Source of the DNA: Fervidobacterium sp. | GTDB lineage: Bacteria; Thermotogota; Thermotogae; Thermotogales; Fervidobacteriaceae | Assembly: GCA_049970055.1 (NCBI GenBank) | Contig: JBMFNR010000001.1 | Span: forward strand, 1 to 64,000 | Direction of reading: 5' to 3' | DNA: 64,000 nt | Shown here: one piece after another, positions 30,731 to 40,872 of the stretch | How the letters are laid out: each line of letters opens with the position of its first letter | Position numbering within the stretch: position 1 is the stretch's first letter | The notes under the pieces: generated by a model | What the model was told of the DNA's origin: nothing | Seen by the model: the letters and a program-made list of their open reading frames with translations, nothing else | Database searches by the model: none | Translations under genes and position numbers: made by a program

Positions 30731-31393
30731 TCAATACCAGTGTCTGCTTTTTCTTACTTTCATACCAACAAGTACTCCGTAGATAAATCCGCCTGCGTGT
30801 GCCCAATAGGCAACTCCCGTACCGGTCACGTCAGCAAGTAATCCATTTGCCACTTGAATTATAAACCAGTAAGGTAAATAAATGAAAGCTGGAATTTCAA
30901 CGATAAACGGTAAAATAAGAAAAACAAGAGAAACTATCCGTGAATAATAAAATAATACAAAATATGCTCCCATCACGGCAGATATAGCACCAGAGGCGCC
31001 AACCAATGGATAAGGGGAAAATGGATTGAATATAACATGAAAGAAGAGTGCAAATAACCCCCCCGTTATATAGAACAAAAAGAATTTGAAATGCCCCATC
31101 ACATCTTCAATGTTATCACCGAATATTTTCAAAAACCACATATTTCCGATGATGTGTGACCATCCACCATGAATAAACATATGAGTAATCATCGCTACGA
31201 ACGGGAATGCGTAGAACATCTTTTCTGGTACAAACCCGTATGTGTAAAAAAAACCTTCTAATATTCTTCCCGACCAATCCATTCCTGAAATTGCGAGCTC
31301 GTATAAAAATACAATTACATTAACAATTATTATCGTCACGTTAATGTATGGCTTTCGAATACTAGGAATGGTATCGTACAAAGGAAACATCAA
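30731..31393 (-). CDS. Rhomboid family intramembrane serine protease
   Basis: HGGWSHIIGNM, GASGA, AYWAHAGG. Confidence 0.93.
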   Translation of the reverse strand: MMFPLYDTIPSIRKPYINVTIIIVNVIVFLYELAISGMDWSGRILEGFFYTYGFVPEKMFYAFPFVAMITHMFIHGGWSHIIGNMWFLKIFGDNIEDVMGHFKFFLFYITGGLFALFFHVIFNPFSPYPLVGASGAISAVMGAYFVLFYYSRIVSLVFLILPFIVEIPAFIYLPYWFIIQVANGLLADVTGTGVAYWAHAGGFIYGVLVGMKVRKSRHWY

Positions 31394-31415
31394 CTATCAC
31401 CTCTTTTTACTCTTT

Positions 31416-32138
31416 TTATCGATATACCAATAGGTATTGTAATATTCCCAATATCTCATGCGTAGCGTTACTTACTGCGTAAAAGCCGTTTATTGATGGT
31501 AGATAATCAAGGTAGGAATTTCGAAAATCCAACGGTACGTCTGAGTTCATCCATCCGATCCTGTTGTAGAATTTTTTGAAAACAATGAGACTTCTTTTCA
31601 TATGTAATGTACTTGTCACCAAAGTAATTGGTACATCGCCTAAAATCTGATATGTGTACTTTGCATTTTCATATGTGTTTCTTGCGTTCTTTTCAACAAT
31701 GATATCCTCATTTGGTATCCCAAAATTCAATAGTACATCTCTCATAACAAGTGCTTCAGGGACACCTTTATCTATTATACCACCGGTAACAAGTATTTTT
31801 CTTGGTTTTTTCTTGTAAAGTTCGACCGCTGTGTAAAGTCGCCTTAACGTGTGCTTGCCAATTTCTATACTGCCGGAATATTGATCAATCCCTCCACCAA
31901 GTACAACTATATACGTTCCAATATCTTTGTTTCCATCTACGGTAAGGACTTTTGAAAGAATGTATCCAAACCAACTGCTACTTACAACGTATAAAATAAT
32001 CCCAAAGATTAGGAATAAATAAGATACTTTTCTTTCTCTTTGGGCAAATTTAAAATAAAAAAATAGCATTAAAAATACGGTAACAAAGATGCCAGGTATA
32101 GTGAAGAAGGGACCTATTATCTTAAATAAATGGATCAT
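31416..32138 (-). CDS. YdcF/DUF218 (ElyC-like) family protein
   Basis: IVVLGGG, VTGG, EA, ARNTYENA, LVTSTLHMKRS, HEILG. Confidence 0.88.
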   Translation of the reverse strand: MIHLFKIIGPFFTIPGIFVTVFLMLFFYFKFAQRERKVSYLFLIFGIILYVVSSSWFGYILSKVLTVDGNKDIGTYIVVLGGGIDQYSGSIEIGKHTLRRLYTAVELYKKKPRKILVTGGIIDKGVPEALVMRDVLLNFGIPNEDIIVEKNARNTYENAKYTYQILGDVPITLVTSTLHMKRSLIVFKKFYNRIGWMNSDVPLDFRNSYLDYLPSINGFYAVSNATHEILGILQYLLVYR

Positions 32139-32197
32139 GTTATTTTTTATTTTTCACCACCAGTTATCGATACACCATAAATATACATAGTTCCAAT

Positions 32198-32629
32198 TTA
32201 TTCGGATCTATTTTGAAAGTACTTTTGCAAAGCAACCTCGTCGATAGCTGAACGTTCTCTTCTATCAATTTTCATTCTTTGTATCTCTAAGTATCTATCT
32301 TTAAGTTTTTCGAAAGTTTTTCTTTCAGTTCTCTTTTCCAAAAAGCTGTGTAATGTTTGATCTTCCTCACGTTTTAGGTCGTTAAGCTTACTTACCAAAT
32401 AATTGATGTAATCATTACTCATCTTAAGAAGGTATAACAAAAAACCAAGTTGTGCGCCATTTTGTGAGCCTGTGCGCAACTGATTTTCAATATCCTTTCT
32501 CGATTTTTCTGCCTTTACAATTTCCTCTTCGACTTCTTTTATCAATCTTCTGATTTTGTTCAACTCTTCTTTTAGTGCTTCCTCTTCCTTCTTTCTTAGC
32601 GATAAAAGTTTCTCAAGACGAAATGCCAT
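32198..32629 (-). CDS. fliJ: Flagellar export protein FliJ
   Basis: 143 aa coiled coil, FRLEKLLSLR start, EKLK and IDEVA C-terminal motifs. Confidence 0.8.
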   Translation of the reverse strand: MAFRLEKLLSLRKKEEEALKEELNKIRRLIKEVEEEIVKAEKSRKDIENQLRTGSQNGAQLGFLLYLLKMSNDYINYLVSKLNDLKREEDQTLHSFLEKRTERKTFEKLKDRYLEIQRMKIDRRERSAIDEVALQKYFQNRSE

Positions 32630-32655
32630 CTTTTAACTCTAACTCCTATTTACCT

Positions 32656-33876
32656 TTATTTGCCTTTGAGAAAAACAGATAATAATTCAACCAGAACTTG
32701 CAGTATTTTTTTACTCGACTCGGAGAATGTTTTTCCTTCAAAGTTGTCAAGAGATATTATCACCAACCTCTTTTCACCGATCTTGACACTGCCTATTAAT
32801 GGTAGGAAGTTAGGTGATGTAACACCGGATTTTTCCCATACATCCCTATAGAGACTTTCAGCGTTTAGCCTATAGGCCTCACTTAATTCAATTACCTTGT
32901 TTTCACCAATAGCTGGCCCATAGTTATCTTCAGCAGCTTTGAGCACGAGCTCCTTTACCTCAGTATCGTAATTGTATACGGCGACACATTTATATATATC
33001 GCCATCAAGAAGCCAAATGGAAGCTTTTTGAGTTTCAGGAACAATCTTTACAAGTTCGTCTAACATTTTTTGCAAGTATTCTTCGAGAGAATTGGTCTTT
33101 TCCCATAATCCTATGAGTCTAATTAAGCTTTCAAAATTTGATACCATATCTTTGTAAACTTTTTGAGCCTCTAAAAATCTCAATGCTGCAAGCACGTGAG
33201 AACTTAAGAATGAAGCAAGAGCTTTAGCAATACTTGTGTACTGTTGAGGAACGTGAATAACGTATTTGTAATTTGCAATAGGTACAACCATGTAATTTTC
33301 TTTTTCAAGCATAAAGCCTTTAATTTCGTCTACACCTTTAACTTTTTCAATGAGTTTTTGATCACTTCTACCTATAACATATTCATTATCTTTAAGCAGT
33401 AATACCGCAATGTGTGGATACTCCGTATAGAATTTTTTGCCCAGCTCTACAGCGAATTTTGTTGGATCTCCTTCTGATAATTCGAGAGATTCAATGATGC
33501 TGTTTTCAACAAAAGATTGCAATTTATACAACGTTTGCTCCAAAATTCTCTCGGTTATGTCAAACATCACACCTGCTACACCATATGAGCCCGTACCTAA
33601 CCTGATAGGCATCCTATGTATGCTATAATGTCTGCCGTTTATGATTTTTTCATGCGTGTAATTTTTTCTTGTTCGCATTACTTTTTTATCAATCTCATCA
33701 ACTTCTTCATCATTTAATATTTCTGATTCAAACTTTCCGATTAACTTTTCTTCCGACAACTGAAGAATATTTTCAAGTTCTTTATTTACCCACATATATC
33801 TACCTTTATTGTCTTTTATGAAAGACGGTGTTGGAAGTCTTTCAAAAAATTGCTGTAAAAAGTATAAGTATCTCAT
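32656..33876 (-). CDS. PAS domain protein with C-terminal GAF-like domain
   Basis: PTPSFIKDNKGRYMWVN, LIGK, FDITE (PAS/PAC); IISLDNFEGKTFS (GAF-like); no output domain seen. Confidence 0.75.
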   Translation of the reverse strand: MRYLYFLQQFFERLPTPSFIKDNKGRYMWVNKELENILQLSEEKLIGKFESEILNDEEVDEIDKKVMRTRKNYTHEKIINGRHYSIHRMPIRLGTGSYGVAGVMFDITERILEQTLYKLQSFVENSIIESLELSEGDPTKFAVELGKKFYTEYPHIAVLLLKDNEYVIGRSDQKLIEKVKGVDEIKGFMLEKENYMVVPIANYKYVIHVPQQYTSIAKALASFLSSHVLAALRFLEAQKVYKDMVSNFESLIRLIGLWEKTNSLEEYLQKMLDELVKIVPETQKASIWLLDGDIYKCVAVYNYDTEVKELVLKAAEDNYGPAIGENKVIELSEAYRLNAESLYRDVWEKSGVTSPNFLPLIGSVKIGEKRLVIISLDNFEGKTFSESSKKILQVLVELLSVFLKGK

Positions 33877-36800
33877 GCTGTTATCTCCTCCATCTTAACT
33901 TGCAGTATTTTTGAAATTCCATCTACCATTGTTACACCGTGAACTATATTCCCTGCTTCCATAATAAGTTTGTTGTGTGTAATGACTATGAACTGGGAAC
34001 GTTCTTCTTCAAGGAGCCTTCTAAATTTTTCTGAGTTGTAATCATCAAGAGGTGCATCAACTTCATCAAGTACGTAAAACACACCTTTGTTGACTTCAAG
34101 CATCGCCATAATTAGAGCTATCCCAACGAGAGCTTTTTCACCACCTGATAATAGTTGTAATTTTTGAAGTTTCTTACCTGCTTTTGATATTGTGATTTCT
34201 ATACCTGATTCAAGTATATCGTCTTCATCGATGATACGTATCCCGCCAGTTCCGCCATAAAAGAGCGATTCTATGTAAGATTTGAACGCGTTGTTTATCT
34301 TATGTAAGGTTTTTAAGAATTGCTCGCGTGCTTGAGCATCTGTCTGCTCAATTAATTCTTCAAGTTTCTTTTTGGCATCCTCGAGATCTAACTTTTGTTT
34401 GTAAAGTTCATTGTACTCTTCTTCAACAACTTTATATTCATCTATAGCAGATAAATCAACTGTACCAAGCATTTTGATTTTGTTCTCAATTTCTTTTATT
34501 TCGTTATTTAGTTCGTCTAACCTTTCTGGTAAAACGTCAATTACCAACCTGTATTCTTCCGGTATGTTGGATATCCTGAACCTTATTTCTTGTATTCTCA
34601 TATCTGTTTGATGGATATGTTCTTTTATAGACTCAATTTCTTGCTTTTGGTCTCTTATTTGCTCTTCAAGTTTTTGCAACTGCTGAAGTTTTTTTTCTTT
34701 ACCAGATTTCTTATCTCTTATACCTGCGAATAGATCTTGAGATGTACTTCTTAGTGTTTCAAGCTCACGGTTGTTTTCAATTAAGAATTTCTTTGTTTCA
34801 TCGATTTCTTCCTCTAATTTCTTCATGGTGGATTTTAAATTACCAAGTTCAGTACTTATTTCACTAAGTCTTGAGTTTATTCTATCACTTTCTGCACTAT
34901 ACTGTATTTTTCTTTCAAGTAGGTTCTTAACCTCTGCCCGGTATGTTGCAATAGCTTCGTTCAATTGTTCTAATTTTTTTCTGTGTTCGTCAAGTTCTTT
35001 GGAGAATTCAATTACATTTGTTTGCAAAATTTTTCTCTTTTCTTCAAAGTCTTTTACCTGCACTTCAAGTTGCTCAATTCTTGCACTGTTGCCTTCGTAT
35101 TTTGCGTTGTATTCAGCTTCAAGTTTGACAAGATCGTTGAGTTCATTTGTAATTTCTTTCAGAGCTTTTTGGAGTTCTTCTAAAACCCTCTTCGATGATA
35201 AAGACTTACTTGAAACAGTTGCGAGCTCTTCTCTTACAATACTCACGTTATTTTGTAGTTGTTTGAGCTCGTTGTCTATTTTGGAGATAGCGTTTTCTGT
35301 ATCATTTCTTTGGGAATTAATTTTTACCATGTCCTCTTCCAAGATTTTCAATCTTACACGCCTTGAAATAATCGAATTGGCTTCTTCTTTTGACTTGCCA
35401 CCACTCATCGCACCTTTTCCAGAAATTAATTCACCATCGAGAGTGACTATCCGTGAACGGATATTGTACTTTCTTTTGATATCTATTGCATAATCGATAT
35501 TCTTTACTATTATATCGTTACCAAAAAGATAATACGAAAGTGCTTTATATTCCTTTGGGACAGTAACAAGATGGGCAGCATAACCGACGAATCCTTCCTC
35601 TTTTTCTATGCCGTTTATAGGTGAGAACGATGAGTCGATCAAGTCTAAAGGTATGAAAGTTGCTCTTCCATATTCACCACTTTTTAAAAATTCTATTATT
35701 TGCTTACTGTCTTCAGCAGTCTTAACAACAATGTGTTGAGCTGCACCACCAAGTAACGTTTCGTAAGCTACCGAAAACGATTTGTCGAAGTCTATTAAGT
35801 TTGCAACAACGTCTATCAAGCCGTTAAAGATGTCTTTGTTTTCAAATATTTTTCTAATTGAATAACCAAAGCCCTGATACTCCGATATTTGACGCCTTAT
35901 AACATCAATTTCAGCCTTTATTTCCTTCTCGTGTTTCATCAAATTATCTAACTCGCGCATTTTTTGAGCTTTTTGTCTATTGTATTCCTCAATAGACGTC
36001 TTAATTTCCTCAAGTTCTTTAACAAGCTCATTTTCTTTTTCTATTATCTCAAGTAAATGCTTTTCCAGATCGTTTATTTCTTCTTCTAATTCCGTCTTCC
36101 TTGATTCTTTGTTACTTCTCTGGTTTTGAATCATTTCAAGACGATGTTTTATATCTTGATTGTTTTCGGTTAAGCGTATGATTTCGTTGTGGATTTTAAG
36201 AATGTTCTTCTCTATCTCTTCGTATTCCTGTTTCTTCTTCAAAATTTCTTTCTCTTGCTCGGTGTACTGCGTATAAATTTCGGATTTTTCATTTTCGAGC
36301 TTTGAGAGAATTCTCTCTTTTTCGTTTAGTTCTTCCAAAATTTTTGCAACGATAAATTTTATTTCTTCATTCCTATTTTTTAGTGATACTGTTTCGTCAT
36401 TTAGCATATCGATACGTGTTGACACTTCTATGAATTTACTTTCGAGTTCACTTAGTTTTTTTGTAAACTTCTCTCTTATTTCAAGTAATTGGTTTTCCCT
36501 CGTTTTGAATTCCTCAAGCGTTTTTGTGTAACTTTCCATTTCTACGTCAATTTGATTGAACTCATCGCGAAGTGTTGACCAGTCTGTCTCAAGCTTAGCT
36601 AAAGTTCTTAGATGTTCCTTGAGACTTATAGTCAATTCATTGTAGTAGATTTCCATATCCGCAAGTCTTTGTGTTTCAACTTTGTATAATCCACCAAAGT
36701 ATTCTTTCTTTAGTTCTTCAAGTTGTTGTGAATACTCAACAAACCTCTCTGCACGCTTAGCTTTTAAGTACAGTGATTTTCTATTTTTATCAACTTCAAA

Positions 36801-37364
36801 GAGCAAGTCACCAATCCTATTAAGATTCATCTGAGTTGCATCTAATTTTGCAAGGGCTTCTTTCTTTTTTTCCCTGTAAATACCGATACCTGCGATTTCT
36901 TCGATCATAGTTCTGAGGTTTTCAGGTGTTGATGAAACTATCTTATCTATCTGCCCTTGCCCTATTATTGAATAAGGATTTTTTCCGTATCCATGTTGCA
37001 TAAGGAAATCGCGGATATCTTTAAGTCTTACAACATCACCATTCAGTAAATACCTACTTGTGCCGTCGCGCGATAGTTCACGAGCTATAGAAATTCGGTC
37101 ACTACCGTTTTCAAAAACGAGTTCAACATAAGCACTTTGTGCTGGTGGACGTTTTTCATTACCCCAAAAAACAACATCATCTCTTTCTTGGGCTCTTATT
37201 TCTTTCATGGATTGTTCGCCAAGCACCCATCTTATTGCATCAACAATGTTAGATTTACCAGACCCGTTTGGACCTACTATGACTGTAACTCTGTTCGAAA
37301 ATTCCAGCTTCACTGGATCAACAAATGATTTAAATCCTTTGATGAATATCTCCCTTAGCGTCAA
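33873..37364 (-). CDS. smc: Chromosome segregation protein SMC
   Basis: GFKSF, GPNGSGKSN, long coiled coils, hinge GRATFIPL, LSGGEK, LDEVDAPLD. Confidence 0.96.
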   Translation of the reverse strand: MTLREIFIKGFKSFVDPVKLEFSNRVTVIVGPNGSGKSNIVDAIRWVLGEQSMKEIRAQERDDVVFWGNEKRPPAQSAYVELVFENGSDRISIARELSRDGTSRYLLNGDVVRLKDIRDFLMQHGYGKNPYSIIGQGQIDKIVSSTPENLRTMIEEIAGIGIYREKKKEALAKLDATQMNLNRIGDLLFEVDKNRKSLYLKAKRAERFVEYSQQLEELKKEYFGGLYKVETQRLADMEIYYNELTISLKEHLRTLAKLETDWSTLRDEFNQIDVEMESYTKTLEEFKTRENQLLEIREKFTKKLSELESKFIEVSTRIDMLNDETVSLKNRNEEIKFIVAKILEELNEKERILSKLENEKSEIYTQYTEQEKEILKKKQEYEEIEKNILKIHNEIIRLTENNQDIKHRLEMIQNQRSNKESRKTELEEEINDLEKHLLEIIEKENELVKELEEIKTSIEEYNRQKAQKMRELDNLMKHEKEIKAEIDVIRRQISEYQGFGYSIRKIFENKDIFNGLIDVVANLIDFDKSFSVAYETLLGGAAQHIVVKTAEDSKQIIEFLKSGEYGRATFIPLDLIDSSFSPINGIEKEEGFVGYAAHLVTVPKEYKALSYYLFGNDIIVKNIDYAIDIKRKYNIRSRIVTLDGELISGKGAMSGGKSKEEANSIISRRVRLKILEEDMVKINSQRNDTENAISKIDNELKQLQNNVSIVREELATVSSKSLSSKRVLEELQKALKEITNELNDLVKLEAEYNAKYEGNSARIEQLEVQVKDFEEKRKILQTNVIEFSKELDEHRKKLEQLNEAIATYRAEVKNLLERKIQYSAESDRINSRLSEISTELGNLKSTMKKLEEEIDETKKFLIENNRELETLRSTSQDLFAGIRDKKSGKEKKLQQLQKLEEQIRDQKQEIESIKEHIHQTDMRIQEIRFRISNIPEEYRLVIDVLPERLDELNNEIKEIENKIKMLGTVDLSAIDEYKVVEEEYNELYKQKLDLEDAKKKLEELIEQTDAQAREQFLKTLHKINNAFKSYIESLFYGGTGGIRIIDEDDILESGIEITISKAGKKLQKLQLLSGGEKALVGIALIMAMLEVNKGVFYVLDEVDAPLDDYNSEKFRRLLEEERSQFIVITHNKLIMEAGNIVHGVTMVDGISKILQVKMEEITA

Positions 37365-37392
37365 TAAATCTTTCCCCCTCGAGTTTCTAGAT

Positions 37393-38709
37393 TTACTTAA
37401 TTGATTTCACAATTTCTTGAGATACATTGTAAATATCTCCAGCGCCGACAAACATATAGACTGTGTTGTCTTTAAGGGGTATTTTCTTTATGTCTTGTAC
37501 ATTCTCCAGAAAAACAGCTTTTGCTATTTCCTTTACTATGTGCCTTGCAGTGACACCGTTCTTTGTCTCAAAGGCGCCATAGACTTCTGTTATGTAAATC
37601 TCATCTGCACTCTGCAGTGCCGTTTTAAATCGCTCGGCTTCCCTTTTAAATCGTGTGTACCTATGCGGTTGGAAGATTAAAACTATTTTTCTGTCTGGAT
37701 AAACTTCCTTTGCTGTCTTCAATAAAACTTCGATTTCATCGGCCGTATGAGCGTAATCGTCGACTACTGTTATATGTCTTTCACTGTTTTCATAGCTCAC
37801 ATTAAATCGTCGACCGGGTAGTGTAAAATCTTCGAAGGAATCAAGAACTTCGCTTATGTTGTAACCTATACTCGTAAGTAATGAGATCACAGCTAATGCG
37901 TTCAATGCGTTGTGATAACCGGGTACCGGTAAGAAAAACTTCTTTTCCCCGTAAGGTGTTAGGATATTAACAGTTTGGAAGAATCCATTTTGTTTTCTTT
38001 CGACTAACTTGAAATCACCTGAGTAAACACCGAAAGTTACACTTCCTTTGAACTTCTTTTCATCTGCGAATGTGACAACAAATTTAGAATTTTTAATGAG
38101 TGTTTCAAAGCTTTGGTAGTAATGCTCTAAACTTCTGTAATTCTCTATATGATCTTCTCTAATATTTGTTATGATAAGGTACTCAGGCTCGAACAATTCG
38201 AAACCTGGCTGACTTTCGTCAAGTTCGTAAACTACATTGTCGCTCTTGCCATGTCTGTAATTCCCATGTTCAAGTTTGCTATGTAGGGCTCCAAGGAACA
38301 CATATGGATCTGCACATAAATTAATCAAGCAACTTGCTAACATAGAAGTCGTGGTTGATTTACCATCTGTACCCGTTACCGCAAACCCCTTGAATGGTTT
38401 AACAATTCTTCTGAAGTGATCTATTCTATTTGTTATGGGAATTCCTAACTCACTTGATTTTAGGAATTCTGGGTTGTCTTTGGATATAGCAGGCGTAATT
38501 ATGACCTCGTCTACATTTTCAACATTCGATGCTTCGTGAGAATTGTAAATCTTAATTCCCAAACTCTCGAGGTACTTTGTTCTCTCTGAACTGTACGGAT
38601 CACTACCTGAAACAACGTGTCCATTAAAATGTTCGTGCATTGCCTGAGCGCTCATACCAATTCCGCCAACACCTATAAAGTGGATCCTTTTTGCTTTGTT
38701 TTCATTCAT
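37393..38709 (-). CDS. murC: UDP-N-acetylmuramate--L-alanine ligase
   Basis: HFIGVGGIGMS, VTGTDGKSTT, ELDES, DDYAH, FQPHRYTR, GAGD. Confidence 0.93.
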   Translation of the reverse strand: MNENKAKRIHFIGVGGIGMSAQAMHEHFNGHVVSGSDPYSSERTKYLESLGIKIYNSHEASNVENVDEVIITPAISKDNPEFLKSSELGIPITNRIDHFRRIVKPFKGFAVTGTDGKSTTTSMLASCLINLCADPYVFLGALHSKLEHGNYRHGKSDNVVYELDESQPGFELFEPEYLIITNIREDHIENYRSLEHYYQSFETLIKNSKFVVTFADEKKFKGSVTFGVYSGDFKLVERKQNGFFQTVNILTPYGEKKFFLPVPGYHNALNALAVISLLTSIGYNISEVLDSFEDFTLPGRRFNVSYENSERHITVVDDYAHTADEIEVLLKTAKEVYPDRKIVLIFQPHRYTRFKREAERFKTALQSADEIYITEVYGAFETKNGVTARHIVKEIAKAVFLENVQDIKKIPLKDNTVYMFVGAGDIYNVSQEIVKSIK

Positions 38710-38739
38710 CCGCTTTACACTCCTTTTTCAAGTCTAAAA

Positions 38740-39768
38740 CTAAATGTTAAGTACCTCTGCTATAGAATCGACAATTTTTATCGCAGGATTAATCCGTTCC
38801 TCGAATTTCCTGCCATTATTTATTAGCATTCTCAAATTCTCTATGAATTTCTCTTTTTCGTAATCTTTTTCCCTAATCATAACACCGAGTCCTTCTTTTT
38901 CTATTATTCCTGCGTTTGTTATTTGATGAGCTTCGGTTGAACCCTCCCAAGGAATCACAATGGCAGGGACGTTAAAGTAAATCAACTCGGATATAGTAGT
39001 TGCTCCGCCTCTCGTGATGGCTGCGTCAACAGATCTCCAATAAGCGTACATGTTATCAATGTAATCTTTAATTTCGACATTTTTGGGTATAGCTTGCTTT
39101 AACTTTCTACCACCAGTTGAAAGAATAAAATGTACATTTGGCATCAGCTGTGCAATTTCTAATGTAATATTGTTTAAGAATTCACTTCCTCCACTGCCAC
39201 CAATAACAATTACAGACGGATGAACAAGTTCAATCTTTCCATCGCGAGTCCATATTGGATTACCAACAACCTCAATTTTGTTCAAAACATTTTTCGGGAA
39301 TCTTCCAACGGCTTCCTCAAAGGCTAGATAAACACGTTTTGCAAATTTTGAGATGGCTATATTCGCTTTACCAGGCAATGTATTTTGTTCTTGAACGAAA
39401 ACGGGTATTCCAAGTTTATCGGCGGCTTTGGCAACTGGGTAGCTAATGTAACCACCTGATACGTATACAAAATCTGGGGAGAATTTTTTTAATTCGTTTT
39501 CTATATCTTTGGAATTTCTAAGCAAAGTTAAATAGCGTAAAACATTCTCTGGATGAAAAATAGGTCTTTTTAATCCTTTCACACTTATTGAATATCTTTG
39601 GAACTCCGGATGTACAACTGGAAGTAATCTTTCTTCAATTTTACCACTAACGCAAAAATATAAAACTTCAGTACTGTACCTTTTCTGAAACTCTTCTAAA
39701 ACAGCTATGTTTGGATAAAGATGTCCACCCGTAACACCACCAGCTGCAGCTATTCTCAACGTTTTCAA
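38740..39768 (-). CDS. murG: Lipid II GlcNAc transferase MurG
   Basis: GGVTGGHLYP, GGYIS, EQN, VGNP, GGSGGS, HQITNA. Confidence 0.92.
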   Translation of the reverse strand: MKTLRIAAAGGVTGGHLYPNIAVLEEFQKRYSTEVLYFCVSGKIEERLLPVVHPEFQRYSISVKGLKRPIFHPENVLRYLTLLRNSKDIENELKKFSPDFVYVSGGYISYPVAKAADKLGIPVFVQEQNTLPGKANIAISKFAKRVYLAFEEAVGRFPKNVLNKIEVVGNPIWTRDGKIELVHPSVIVIGGSGGSEFLNNITLEIAQLMPNVHFILSTGGRKLKQAIPKNVEIKDYIDNMYAYWRSVDAAITRGGATTISELIYFNVPAIVIPWEGSTEAHQITNAGIIEKEGLGVMIREKDYEKEKFIENLRMLINNGRKFEERINPAIKIVDSIAEVLNI

Positions 39769-39783
39769 TTTTTTTCCTCTCCT

Positions 39784-40872
39784 TTAAATTTCTTCTTTTT
39801 GCTCTTCTTGCTCTCTACTGCTTAATCCTGACATGATTATTCCAAAACCTATCAACAACGCTAAAATTGAGCTCCCTCCCGTACTAACAAATGGAAGTGG
39901 GACACCTGTTACAGGTAGAAAGCCTGAAAAGACACCAAAGTTAATAGTAACATGTAGCATTATCAGTGTAGCATACGACCATGTAAAAACCCTAACAGCA
40001 ATATTTTCTACATAATTTGCAACTTTCATAAGTGCGTAAGTCAGAAAAACGTACATCACACTAACAAGAAGAATGCCAAAAAATCCCAGATCTTCACCTA
40101 TCACTGCAAGAACAAAGTCGCTTTCGGCTTCAGGAACATAGACTTTCAGCCATCCATTGCCTATCCCAAGGCCAGTTGCACCGGAATTTTTGAGTGTCTT
40201 TAGCGCTATATCAACTTGCGGTGCTGTTGTTCCACCGAAAAAATACCTTAGCCTACCCAGTTGGTACGAATGCAAAAAGCCAAGAGATGATGCAACTATT
40301 ATGAGAGCAAAAATAAGCACAAAAGAGATAAGAAAATAAAGTGATTTTGTGCCACCATAGTATATGGTTGCTATCGCAATCACGAATGTCAATAAAGCTG
40401 TACTTAAATTAGGCTCAACAAAAATCAAAGCTGCGTATAGGCTAGCATACAAAATCGGTATTAGAAAACCTTTCAAAAGTGTATTCATTTCCCTTGAATT
40501 ATTTTTAACATAAATTGAAAGAAATAGAATCAAGATAATCTTTGCAAACTCTGATGATTGAAAGGTGAAACTACCTAAGCTAATCCATCTATGAACTCCG
40601 TTGACTGATGGGAAAGCAAAGACAGCTATCAATAGCAAAATACCAGATATATAAATCCATATTGCATAACGTTCGTAAAAAGAGAATGGTATATTCATTG
40701 TTACATAAAAGGCTATAAGGCCAACTGATATATTGACAACATGTTTAAGAAAAAAATTACTCGGTGTTCCAAGCACCTGTTCCTTTGCTATATCAAGGCT
40801 GTACATTGCAATGGCTCCAATAACAAATAGGATAAGGTAAGTGATGATAATAATTGCTACTTCTCGTCTCAT
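39784..40872 (-). CDS. ftsW: FtsW/RodA/SpoVE (SEDS) family protein
   Basis: RWI, FQSSEFAK, PEAESDF, IGEDLG, PVTGVPLPFVSTGGSS; upstream of murG-murC. Confidence 0.88.
   Translation of the reverse strand: MRREVAIIIITYLILFVIGAIAMYSLDIAKEQVLGTPSNFFLKHVVNISVGLIAFYVTMNIPFSFYERYAIWIYISGILLLIAVFAFPSVNGVHRWISLGSFTFQSSEFAKIILILFLSIYVKNNSREMNTLLKGFLIPILYASLYAALIFVEPNLSTALLTFVIAIATIYYGGTKSLYFLISFVLIFALIIVASSLGFLHSYQLGRLRYFFGGTTAPQVDIALKTLKNSGATGLGIGNGWLKVYVPEAESDFVLAVIGEDLGFFGILLVSVMYVFLTYALMKVANYVENIAVRVFTWSYATLIMLHVTINFGVFSGFLPVTGVPLPFVSTGGSSILALLIGFGIIMSGLSSREQEEQKEEI

Noticed and set aside
34771..35493. 240-aa plus-strand ORF inside smc, and many similar antisense ORFs across the window
   Set aside because: Ser/Phe/Leu-rich shadows of Glu/Lys-rich genes on the opposite strand; no independent coding signal.
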